From NCBI GenBank assembly GCA_903901875.1, contig CAIUSO010000142.1, positions 9,836 to 73,835 on the forward strand: 64,000 nucleotides of DNA, written 5' to 3'. This stretch comes from an uncultured Geobacteraceae bacterium (GTDB lineage: Bacteria; Desulfobacterota; Desulfuromonadia; Geobacterales; Pseudopelobacteraceae). The notes below the pieces were generated by a model. It was given only the letters and a program-made list of their open reading frames with translations. It was not told the DNA's origin and did not search any database. Shown here one piece after another: positions 46,244-58,852 of this stretch. Position 1 is the first letter of the stretch; each line of letters begins with the position of its first letter. The translations under genes were made by a program, and so were the position numbers.

Positions 46244-46435
46244 ATGGAACCGATTACACTGTGTGGACTGGTAATTGTCATATTTGGATTTTGGATTGAG
46301 TGTGAACCGGTGGTAGCGATGATTGTTAAAAAGACCGGAAAGTGGCGTAAGTTGTGTGAAAATGCTGCTCGCTCGACAAATCAAAAAACTGTGTATGTAC
46401 GAAGAATGCCCATATGCGTAGCTAAAGGGTTGTGA
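46244..46435 (+). CDS. Hypothetical small membrane protein (63 aa) between lexA and recC
   Basis: AGGAGG lies 6 nt upstream of the ATG. MEPITLCGLVIVIFGFWIECEPVVAMIV is hydrophobic, followed by the basic tail KKTGKWRKLCENAARSTNQKTVYVRRMPICVAKGL. Confidence 0.55.
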   Translation: MEPITLCGLVIVIFGFWIECEPVVAMIVKKTGKWRKLCENAARSTNQKTVYVRRMPICVAKGL

Positions 46436-46485
46436 GTTTGCTACCATGATACTCTGAGCCGATCCCACATAGTCAGGAACTACCC

Positions 46486-49400
46486 ATGTCCCTTCGCATC
46501 TACACCAGCAACCAGATGGAAAAACTTGTTGAGGCACTTGCCGATAGCCTTACGGAACCTCTTTTATCTCCTCTTACTCCGGAAGTGATTGTGGTACAGA
46601 GCAAGGGAATGCAGCGATGGTTGGCCATGGAACTGGCGAAAAAGCTCGGTATCTGGGCTAACTGTTGCTACCCTTTTCCGAACAAAATGGTCTGGGATCT
46701 TTTTTGTTGTACTCTCCCCAAAATTCCTGACATTTCATTTTTCTCACCGGAGGTTATGACCTGGAAAATTATGGAGGTCCTGCCAACGTATCTTGAACGG
46801 GAAGAATTTGCACCCCTGAGATACTATCTCAATGGGGATAGCGATGGACTCAAACGATTCCAGCTTGCGGGCAAGATTGCGGATGTTTTTGACCAGTACA
46901 CGCTTTTTCGCCCCGAGATGGTTATCGAATGGGAGCGTGGTGACGGAACAACGTGGCAGGAAATCCTCTGGAATGAGTTGGTATCATGTGGATCGGGGAA
47001 ACATCGGGCCAGACTGAAATCTGAGTATACGCAGCTTCTTGCCCAACATCCTTCAAACAAAGAAAAACTTCCCGAGAGGATAACCCTCTTTGGTATATCC
47101 TACCTTCCTCCGTTTCATCTTGATATGCTCGTCGAACTGTCAAGCTATACGGACGTTAACTTATTTCTCGTGAGTCCCTGCCGGGAGTATTGGGGGGATA
47201 TCGTCAGCGCGCGCGCTAAAGCCCGCAGAAACCCCGCAGATCGCAGCTACCTTGAGGAGGGAAATCCGTTGTTAGCCTCACTTGGCAAGCTTGCCCGCGA
47301 TTTTTCGAATATGGTTATCAACTGCGCCACTGTTGCGGTTTCAGACCATGATCTCTACGCGAATCCGGGTGAAGGCACTCTGTTGACCTCAATTCAGTCG
47401 GACATACTCAACCTGCGAAAAACCGGGGAACTACAAGAAAAACAGTTGGTCTCTTCCGAAGATACGTCAATACAGATCCACTCATGCCATAGCCCCATGC
47501 GAGAAATTGAAGTGCTGTACGATAACCTGCTTGCACTGCTGGAACGGGTTGAGGGTATTACGTTCCGCGATATAGTTGTGATGACCCCTGACATTGAAAT
47601 ATATGCACCTTACATATCGATGGTTTTTGAAGCATGTCAAGATCCGGCACAAAAGATTCCTTACTCAATCGCGGACCGTAACCCTGCCAGTGAGGGGACC
47701 GTTGCCGATGTGCTGTTAAAACTGCTCGGGCTTCCGGGAAGCCGTCTGACGGCCACCAGCGTATTTGATCTCCTTGAAGCAGAACCGGTGAGTAATCGTT
47801 TTGGTTTTGATTCGAATGATATTGAGCTTATACGTGGCTGGATAGAGGATACCCGCATCCGCTGGGGGTATGATGAAGTACATAGGGAAAGTTTTGGCTT
47901 ACCCCCGTACCGTGATAACAGCTGGGCTGCCGGTCTTGAGCGGCTCATACTGGGGTATGCGATGTCAGAAGAAGGAGATATGCTCTTTAATGGCATCCTG
48001 CCGTTTGACGAAATGGAAGGTTCCGTTACCGGGACACTTGGTAAATTCGCCGATTTTATCCAGAGAGTTGTTACTCTGAAAAATGAACTTGCGTATGGGC
48101 GAACTCTTGGTGAGTGGCGTACAACAATCCGCGCACTGCTCACAGATTTCATCGCAACAGATAACGAGAGCGCATTTGAATTTGCATCGGTGACCGCCGT
48201 GGTGGACGACCTTGCGGGGTTTGGTGAGAAAGCGGGGTTTGCTGAAAAAGTTGAACTGGTACTTGTTCGCTCGTGGTTTACGTCCCGTCTTGCCGCTGAG
48301 CAGAAAAGCGTTGGCTTTATCAACGGAGGGGTTACTTTCTGCGCAATGCTGCCGATGCGCAGTATTCCGTTCCGTGTCGTAGCTCTTGTGGGGATGAGTG
48401 ACAACGCTTTTCCGCGACAGAGCCGTACACCCGGATTTGACCTTATGGCTGATAGTCCGCGACCGGGGGACCGCTCACTGCGCGATGAGGACCGTTATCT
48501 GTTCCTGGAAGCCATCCTGTCGGCCAGAGACTATCTGTACATCAGCTATATTGGCCAGAGTATCAAGGATAACAGTTCAATCCCTCCGTCCGTACTGGTG
48601 AGTGAATTTATAGATTCCATTGGTCAAAGTTATTGTGCGGAAAAAGTGAACATGGAGCAGCGACTTGTTACCACACATCGCCTCCAGGCGTTCAGTAAGA
48701 GCTATTTTGACAACGATTCAGCACTTTTTAGTTATTCAAGTGATAACTGTGCTGCCTTGATCGAAGCCACCTGCAGCACTCGAAAAAAAACCGTTTTTAT
48801 GGCAACTCCACTGAAGGAGCCACCGGTTGAGATGAAAGAAGTCTCCCTTGAACAGCTTCTGCGCTTTTATACAAACCCGACAAAGCATCTTCTCGTCAAT
48901 AGACTTCAGATCAGGCTGGAAGAAATAGCCACCCCGCTTGAAGAACGGGAAACCTTTGCCGTTGGTGGCCTTGACGCCTATAATTTGCACCAAGAGCTGC
49001 TGGAAAGGCGTTTGAAGGGGGGAACAGACGAGAATTTCCTTGCCGTAGCCACCTGCCGTGGCTTTTTACCACCTGTCCGGCATGGTGAGGCTGTGTTTGC
49101 GGCGGCAGCAGCTGAAGTCGATGAGTTACTCATAAAAATTAAGGACAAGACAGCTGAGGTACTGCAGTTTGAACCGTTCCACTTTGAAGAGATGGTCGGC
49201 GATTTTAAATTGTTTGGCAGGCTTGGTGGCATCTGGCCGGAGGAAAAAATCAGTTATCGCTGCGCCAAGCTGAAGGCCAAGGACGAGATCCGTACATGGA
49301 TTGAACATCTGCTGCTTAATGCCTTTACTCCCGATGATTATCCACGGGAGAGCCTGCTGCTCATGAAAGATGCTTCCGTAACGTATACACCGGTGAGTGA

Positions 49401-49676
49401 TGCAAAAGAGTTGCTCGGCACGCTGCTCGCCTGGTACTGGCACGGGCTGAAAACGCCACTCCGTTTTTTTCCTGCAACCTCCCTGGAGTTTGTATCGACG
49501 GGCGGTAATCTGGAGAAAGCACGGAAAAAATGGCAAAGTGGCTTTATGTTCACCGGTGAGGAAGACGACCCGTATTACCGGCTCTGCTTCGGCCAGGAAG
49601 ATGATCCGCTCACCGGTGATTTTAGCCAGCTGGCCGATGAATTGCTTTCACCTCTGCTTGCCCACAGAGTAAAGGA

Positions 49677-49680
<4 letters not shown>
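46486..49680 (+). CDS. recC: Exodeoxyribonuclease V gamma subunit
   Basis: 1064 aa. MSLRIYTSNQMEKLVEALA...VVQSKGMQRWL is typical of the RecC N-terminus. The stop overlaps the recB ATG (ATGA). Confidence 0.9.
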
Positions 49681-53318
<3,638 letters not shown>

Positions 53319-53321
53319 AAC

Positions 53322-55139
53322 GTGAAACTCCTTTTTGAACTAACTGCTACCGACCGGCATTTTGCCGCATTTATACAAAATAAGGCGATAGAACCCCCAC
53401 CATGGTTGGAACTGCTGGCGGAACTTGCGAGTAATTCTGTTGGTAGCGGCAATATCTGTCTTAATCTGGCGGACATCGCAGATACAGATGTTATGGTGGA
53501 TGGTTTTGAACGCCGGGTGCCTCCACTCAAGGTTATTCAGCAGGAAATAGTTACAACTACGATAGTTGGTATTCCGGGAGAGTTTAAGCCACTCGTTCTC
53601 GATGGGGCTGGCAGACTGTACCTCTACCGGTACTGGAAATACGAGTGCGATCTGGCACGGATTATTGCGGAGAAGGGTGCGGCGCAGGATATCCCTCTGG
53701 ATGAGCTCCTGTTACGTGACGGTATCCAGCGATTTTTCCCTTGTGGAGCAGGAGAGGGGACCGACTGGCAAAAAATCGCCGCCTTGGCTGCCGTACAAAA
53801 AAGGTTTTGCGTTATATCGGGAGGGCCGGGAACGGGCAAAACTTCGACCGTCGTGAAAATTCTTGCCATGCTCCTGGAACAGGCTCACGGAGGTACCCTG
53901 CGCATTGCCCTTGCGGCACCGACCGGAAAGGCTGCCGCGCGGTTGAAAGAGTCCATTCGAGGTATGAAGGATCGGCTTGATTGTACCGTTGCCATTAAAG
54001 ATCAGATCCCGGAAGAAGTAACAACGATTCATCGTCTTCTGGGTGTTCAACCTGGCTCGGCGCGCTTTCGGCATTCGGAGGGTAACCGGTTGCCACATGA
54101 CGTGGTAATCGTAGACGAAGCTTCAATGGTTGCGCTTCCGCTGATGGCAAAACTTGTAACCGCTCTCCGAACAGACGCACGCCTCATACTTCTCGGGGAT
54201 AGGGACCAGCTTGCGTCCGTTGAAGCGGGTGCTGTCCTTGGCGATATCTGCGGAGGTGGTCGTCAGGAAGCGTATTCTGTCCGTTTTGTGGATTTTATAC
54301 ATACCATCAGTGGTGAAACTATTGTGGATCAACCGATGGTCCGTGACCAAGGTGTCCTCGTGGACTCATTGGTGGTACTCAAAAAAAATTACCGCTTTGG
54401 AGCCGATAGTAGTATCGGTGCTGTTTCACAAGCGGTAAATAGTGGCAATGGCAGGGGGGCACTTTCAGTGCTGAAAGATGAAAGCCGAGCTGGCAGCCGT
54501 TGGCACGATGTGCCTCACCACGAGAAGCTTAAAAAGGCCATGGAACATATAGTTACCACGCAGTACCGCAGTTATCTTGCGGCTGAAACACCATCTGAAG
54601 CACTGAAGCTTTTCGACAATTTCAGAATTCTCTGTGCCCTGCGCAAGGGGCCCTATGGGGTAATGGGAATAAACACCATGGTAGAGGAAATCCTTACTGA
54701 GAAAGGGCTGATTGAGCAAAATAACCGCTGGTATTCCGGGCGTCCGGTGATGATTACCGTGAATGACTACCATCTGAAGCTTTTCAATGGTGACATTGGA
54801 ATAGTACTTCCCGATTCTGAAAATGAGGGGAACCCGCGCGTATGGTTTCCTGCTTCCGATGGTGGCCTCCGAAATGTGGCTCCCGTGAGACTGCCAGCCC
54901 ATGAGACTGTCTACGCAATGACCGTACATAAAAGTCAGGGGTCAGAGTTTGAACGGGTTCTCTTGCTTTTGCCTGAAAATGATTCGGAAGCATTGGCACG
55001 TGAGCTTATATATACCGGCATAACACGGGCTAGGAATGACATCGAAGTGTGGGCACACAAGGACGTTTTTGTTGCTGCGGTTTCGCGGAAAATCGACCGG
55101 AAATCAGGGTTGGAAAACGCGCTCTGGAAAAAAGCATGA
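53322..55139 (+). CDS. recD: Exodeoxyribonuclease V alpha subunit
   Basis: GTG start with GGAGGA 7 nt upstream. ISGGPGTGKTS, VIVDEASMV, LGDRDQLASVEAG and MTVHKSQGSEF. Confidence 0.9.
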   Translation: MKLLFELTATDRHFAAFIQNKAIEPPPWLELLAELASNSVGSGNICLNLADIADTDVMVDGFERRVPPLKVIQQEIVTTTIVGIPGEFKPLVLDGAGRLYLYRYWKYECDLARIIAEKGAAQDIPLDELLLRDGIQRFFPCGAGEGTDWQKIAALAAVQKRFCVISGGPGTGKTSTVVKILAMLLEQAHGGTLRIALAAPTGKAAARLKESIRGMKDRLDCTVAIKDQIPEEVTTIHRLLGVQPGSARFRHSEGNRLPHDVVIVDEASMVALPLMAKLVTALRTDARLILLGDRDQLASVEAGAVLGDICGGGRQEAYSVRFVDFIHTISGETIVDQPMVRDQGVLVDSLVVLKKNYRFGADSSIGAVSQAVNSGNGRGALSVLKDESRAGSRWHDVPHHEKLKKAMEHIVTTQYRSYLAAETPSEALKLFDNFRILCALRKGPYGVMGINTMVEEILTEKGLIEQNNRWYSGRPVMITVNDYHLKLFNGDIGIVLPDSENEGNPRVWFPASDGGLRNVAPVRLPAHETVYAMTVHKSQGSEFERVLLLLPENDSEALARELIYTGITRARNDIEVWAHKDVFVAAVSRKIDRKSGLENALWKKA

Positions 55140-56056
55140 TCGAATGGAATTGGAAAGGTGTTATTGGCTCAGCAGATCTCTTTGGAGGAAACGTGAATAC
55201 GTTTATCTGTATCTTGGTGGCTTTCTTCTTCACGCTCAGCGCAGGTTGCGCTGAAATATACGCACATCCTCTTCCGCAGCAGGCAATGCCGAAAATTACC
55301 TGGTATACCGGCGGCAAAGGAAAACTTGACCTCAAACAGCTTGAGGCTGGTAAGGATCCCTGGATTGATTTAGCCGGGGTTACGTCGGGAAAGACATTGA
55401 TCATTAAGGTGACCAAGAGCGGTGGTGCCCCCCGAAGTAATCCCATACCTCTCGATACGAACGGTTCTTTCAATGTTCGTTACTTGCTGAAAGATGGTCC
55501 GGGAACATATACCGTTACCTTGTTCGGCAGCGATGCCCCCCATGCTCTTAGCTATCAGGGGTTGGGGGCTTTCACAATGATCGTTGCAGAGCCTCTTGCT
55601 CCCCATGATCGGACCCTTGAATTAAACCCTCGTATCATTTCCTTTGTCAACAAAGTGCTTGGAAAAACCGTTGGTCGTGGAGAATGCTGGGATCTGGCAC
55701 AGCAGGCACTCGATGCCAACCTCGCAGACTGGTCCCGTCCCACCAGTTTTGGTATCCCGTTGAATCCTGCCGTTGATACCATCAAAGCTGGCGATATAAT
55801 TCAATTTCGCTCCGTTATACTTACTGAAGAGCTGCCTCATGGAGGCAGACGTGTGAGTACCGTAGGAGCTCCGGATCATACCGCCGTTATATATAACGTA
55901 GTGGGTAAACTACACTACACGCTGGCCCAGCAAAATGTTGGCGGTAACCGCAGCGTCATCACGGAAAAAATGAATCTTGGCACCATAACCGGCGGCCATT
56001 ATCAGATTTATCGCCCAACAGCATTGATGATACAAAAAGCCATTGTGGCCGAATAG
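55136..56056 (+). CDS. Lipoprotein with a C-terminal papain-like (CHAP/NlpC-P60 superfamily) Cys-His domain
   Basis: The ATG overlaps the recD TGA (ATGA at 55136-39). The signal reads FICILVAFFFTLSAGC. The C-terminal domain has GRGECWDLAQQAL (Cys), AGDIIQF and PDHTAVIYNV (His). The track start at 55049 lies inside recD. Confidence 0.65.
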   Translation: MIEWNWKGVIGSADLFGGNVNTFICILVAFFFTLSAGCAEIYAHPLPQQAMPKITWYTGGKGKLDLKQLEAGKDPWIDLAGVTSGKTLIIKVTKSGGAPRSNPIPLDTNGSFNVRYLLKDGPGTYTVTLFGSDAPHALSYQGLGAFTMIVAEPLAPHDRTLELNPRIISFVNKVLGKTVGRGECWDLAQQALDANLADWSRPTSFGIPLNPAVDTIKAGDIIQFRSVILTEELPHGGRRVSTVGAPDHTAVIYNVVGKLHYTLAQQNVGGNRSVITEKMNLGTITGGHYQIYRPTALMIQKAIVAE

Positions 56057-56062
56057 ATGGTG

Positions 56063-56755
56063 TTAACAGACTCCTGTCTCACAGATCGATTCTCTCGCAA
56101 CTTTGACTGCATGTTCCGCATTATCGGCCCACAGATCAGCACCAACGGTACGCCACAGCTCCGGTGATGCGTTGAATGGCACTCCACCTACCATTAACAG
56201 GGGGGTGTCCTTGGGAAAGGCACTTCTTATGGAGGTGATGAGTTCGGTAACTTTTGGTACATGGTAGGACATGGTTGCTGAAAGGGCTACCAGATTGGGT
56301 CTTTTCTCCTTGATGGCATAGATGAGCTGATCATCGGAAACACCGGACCCTAGATACCAGGTATCCCAGCCATCCATTTCAAAGAAATCGGTTACCATGC
56401 GTACACCCATTTCGTGTAGTTCGGGGCCGACACAAGCTGCAATCAGTTTTGCCCCCGAACCATTGGATGATATGATCTCCGGGTAGAGCTCCAGCATGAG
56501 AGACTGAGTGGCCGCCGTACAAAAATGCTCTTCAGCAACGCTGATCTTGTTAATAAGCCAGAGACGCCCCACTTCGTACTGCACCTGCTGGAAGATGTCG
56601 ATATATAGATCCCGAATGGACAGGCCGTCCTTCAGAGCATCCCGGATTTTCTGATACGCTTTTTGTCGCTCACCTGTCAGAAGAAACTCCAGATAGTCGC
56701 TCGCAAGTTTTGGAAGCTGGATCGCCCCATGGGCACATATTTCCTGATTGGTCAT
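56063..56755 (-). CDS. Standalone cobalamin-binding protein (B12-binding_2 helical bundle plus B12-binding Rossmann domain) of the CarH/AerR type, with no DNA-binding domain
   Basis: The ATG at 56755 is preceded by AAGGAGAG. The Wx9EH motif is present in GRLWLINKISVAEEHF, and the ExHxxG lower-ligand motif in GPELHEMG. Then comes LVALSATMSYH...LLMVGG. Confidence 0.8.
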   Translation of the reverse strand: MTNQEICAHGAIQLPKLASDYLEFLLTGERQKAYQKIRDALKDGLSIRDLYIDIFQQVQYEVGRLWLINKISVAEEHFCTAATQSLMLELYPEIISSNGSGAKLIAACVGPELHEMGVRMVTDFFEMDGWDTWYLGSGVSDDQLIYAIKEKRPNLVALSATMSYHVPKVTELITSIRSAFPKDTPLLMVGGVPFNASPELWRTVGADLWADNAEHAVKVARESICETGVC

Positions 56756-56831
56756 TTCACTCTCCTTCTCCATTAGAAGCGAAGATATTGTGCCGTCTGG
56801 GGGGGGCTCTACCTCAAGATGAATGTGTGAA

Positions 56832-58100
56832 TCAAGATCTGTCGAATAATAGTGAACTGTCCAGTAGTGCAAGTACCCTGTTCAGCTCATCTTTTGTCAA
56901 AACGGATGTTTCTTCCAGCCAACTCATCAACAACGCTCTACACTCAGGCATACCAGCGATACGATCGATCTGGCTTCCAACCAGTATGTGCGGCAGGTCA
57001 GGGAATTCAATACCGGTTGCAGAAGGTATGGCATGAGACAGCACTGCGCAGAGTTTGTCGAAATTATCTTGAGTGATGATACTGCATCGTTGATTGTACA
57101 TCTCCGTAGCAACTGCCTGGAGTGCCTCGACTGACACGGTGCCTTTTAACTGTTGCAGGTTTTCGACAAGCAGCTGTACCTGACGTTCCAGTAACAACAG
57201 CGGCATACCGCGGCTTGAGAGTACCCTGCCGAGCCACAACACTTGATTCGAAACAATCTCTACGGATTGTCCCGACAGTGCCGCAAGCCATGCAACATCG
57301 CTGTTCGTAAATTTCTGTCCCCGTTCGCCATAGTGCTTTCCATAATAGGAAAATTCATCACGACACTGTTGCCCAGCTTTTATGGCAGCATTCAGCTCAT
57401 CTCTGCTTTGTGGAACGGGATGGTCGCCCGCTTCCGGGTTCAGGGAAGATGCGGTAATTCCAATGTGTTCGGATGAAAAGGGGTAGAGTGCTTCATGAAA
57501 TAGCTCTAAAGCTTTATAGATGTCAACGGTACCCTGTTCTGCAGCACCTCTCGCTGAACTATCAGCATCATTCATTACGGCACGGAACTCTTCCCAATGT
57601 GATTCGGTAGCATCACCGTAGCCACGGTAAAAGGAAACTCCCTGCTCATCTTCAAGGTTGAAGCAACGAACTATGTCGGGCAGATGTACTTGATTACCCC
57701 GAGTGGTTCCCTCCAGAACATACAAATAGCCGAGAAGCCTGTCAGGATCAGTGGTGGCCTCTGTGCGTATCTGTCGTGCAAAATCCAGTGCCAATCTGAT
57801 TGCAGGGACAACATCCGGTACCGATGTGGCTGCAAAAAACTCAAGATCAGCACAGAGCATTTTAAATCTTGATTTTAAAATCGGTTTCAGGCGTTCAATT
57901 ACGGGAGATTGAGATTCTGCCACGGCATGTTCCACGGTTGAAAGTATTGCTGCCAATCCACGCAACTGGCCAATATAACTTTCAAGTGGAAGTGTACCAT
58001 TGGTCATGGCGACAACAAACGGAAGTTTCTCGAAGGTCTCATGACGATGCCAGGTAACCGATCGGAGGTGGTCCACAAGTGGTAGCGTCGTAGTACTCAT
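56832..58100 (-). CDS. Two-domain protein: N-terminal heme-oxygenase-like domain plus a C-terminal helical domain of unknown function
   Basis: LRSVTWHRHETFEKL...ESYIGQLRGL...LGYLYVLEGTTRGN matches the heme oxygenase family pattern. I cannot assign residues 215-422 to any family. Confidence 0.65.
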   Translation of the reverse strand: MSTTTLPLVDHLRSVTWHRHETFEKLPFVVAMTNGTLPLESYIGQLRGLAAILSTVEHAVAESQSPVIERLKPILKSRFKMLCADLEFFAATSVPDVVPAIRLALDFARQIRTEATTDPDRLLGYLYVLEGTTRGNQVHLPDIVRCFNLEDEQGVSFYRGYGDATESHWEEFRAVMNDADSSARGAAEQGTVDIYKALELFHEALYPFSSEHIGITASSLNPEAGDHPVPQSRDELNAAIKAGQQCRDEFSYYGKHYGERGQKFTNSDVAWLAALSGQSVEIVSNQVLWLGRVLSSRGMPLLLLERQVQLLVENLQQLKGTVSVEALQAVATEMYNQRCSIITQDNFDKLCAVLSHAIPSATGIEFPDLPHILVGSQIDRIAGMPECRALLMSWLEETSVLTKDELNRVLALLDSSLLFDRS

Positions 58101-58200
58101 TAAAATCTCCTCTTGAATTGAAAAATATTACTCTTATAAATCAGGCATATTGCAGAAATTACGGCAATATTTTACACTGTATTGGCACCTCTGTCCATTA

Positions 58201-58221
58201 TTAATTACTACAGAGTAATAA
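58201..58221. promoter_or_regulatory. Imperfect palindrome, candidate operator in the divergent control region
   Basis: TTAATTACT ACAG AGTAATAA. The core ATTACT-N4-AGTAAT is perfect. Confidence 0.3.
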
Positions 58222-58250
58222 CTACACATGTATCATGCTCAAAAAAAGTA

Positions 58251-58279
58251 TTGACACCATCTGTTTTAATATTATATAA
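58251..58279 (+). promoter_or_regulatory. Candidate sigma-70 promoter of the Rrf2-cysK leader
   Basis: TTGACA at 58251-56, 16-17 nt, then TATATA/ATATAA. Confidence 0.45.
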
Positions 58280-58320
58280 GACCTATACATTTTATATACA
58301 AATGACTGACTGGAAAAACC

Positions 58321-58350
58321 AGAGGTCAAGGGAGAGTACCCTTGACCTCT
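58321..58350 (+). terminator. Perfect 12-bp stem hairpin with a T tract in the leader of the Rrf2 gene (attenuator or operator)
   Basis: AGAGGTCAAGGG agagta CCCTTGACCTCT is followed by TTTTATTT. It ends 17 nt before the Rrf2 ATG at 58368. Confidence 0.5.
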
Positions 58351-58367
58351 TTTTATTTGGTGCATCT

Positions 58368-58829
58368 ATGATCTCTAAAAAAACAAAATATGCGCTCAAA
58401 GCTATGGAGTATCTGGCCCAGCATTCAAATGGCAGGCCAGTTCTGATCTCCGAACTTGCTGCAGAAGAAAAGATACCCAGAAAATTTCTGGAGTTTATTC
58501 TGTTGACATTGCGAAAAGCTAATCTGCTGACGAGTCGAATCGGTAAAGGAGGAGGGTATAATCTGGCTCGTGATCCTTCGGAAATAACACTCGGGAGCAT
58601 AATCAGAATACTTGAGGGTGGCCTCTCGTTGGTTCAATGCGTTAATGGAGATGGGGTGAAGCTGTGCGAGGATGGCAATGATCCGTCATGTTGTGGGATT
58701 CATCTGGTGATGACAGATCTGAAAAACTCCATTAATTCCGTGCTTGATGAAACTACTCTTGCAGATATTATTAATAAGAAGGCAACGGCCAATTTGCTTA
58801 AGCTGAACATTCTGGACTACACTATTTGA
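58368..58829 (+). CDS. Rrf2 family transcriptional regulator
   Basis: I take the start at [17 protein letters not shown] (typical Rrf2 N-terminus). The HTH is [26 protein letters not shown]. Cysteines sit in [22 protein letters not shown]. Confidence 0.85.
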   Translation: MISKKTKYALKAMEYLAQHSNGRPVLISELAAEEKIPRKFLEFILLTLRKANLLTSRIGKGGGYNLARDPSEITLGSIIRILEGGLSLVQCVNGDGVKLCEDGNDPSCCGIHLVMTDLKNSINSVLDETTLADIINKKATANLLKLNILDYTI

Positions 58830-58852
58830 GGGTCATTACGAAAGGAGATAAC

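Noticed and set aside
47661-48404. A 247-aa minus-strand ORF inside recC. Similar long antisense ORFs occur at 5963-6784, 22577-23194 and 60472-61287.
   Set aside because: All are embedded in well-supported genes on the other strand and have Ser/Arg/Pro-rich shadow composition. None has a convincing start context.
55049-55135. The upstream start of the lipoprotein ORF inside recD
   Set aside because: It would add a 29-aa non-signal extension overlapping recD by 91 nt. The ATG at 55136 gives an ATGA coupling and places the signal peptide at the N-terminus.
58183-58198. TGGCAC in the divergent region as a possible sigma-54 -24 element
   Set aside because: The -12 position reads CA within TCCAT instead of the required GC (TTGC). 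The spacing does not rescue it.
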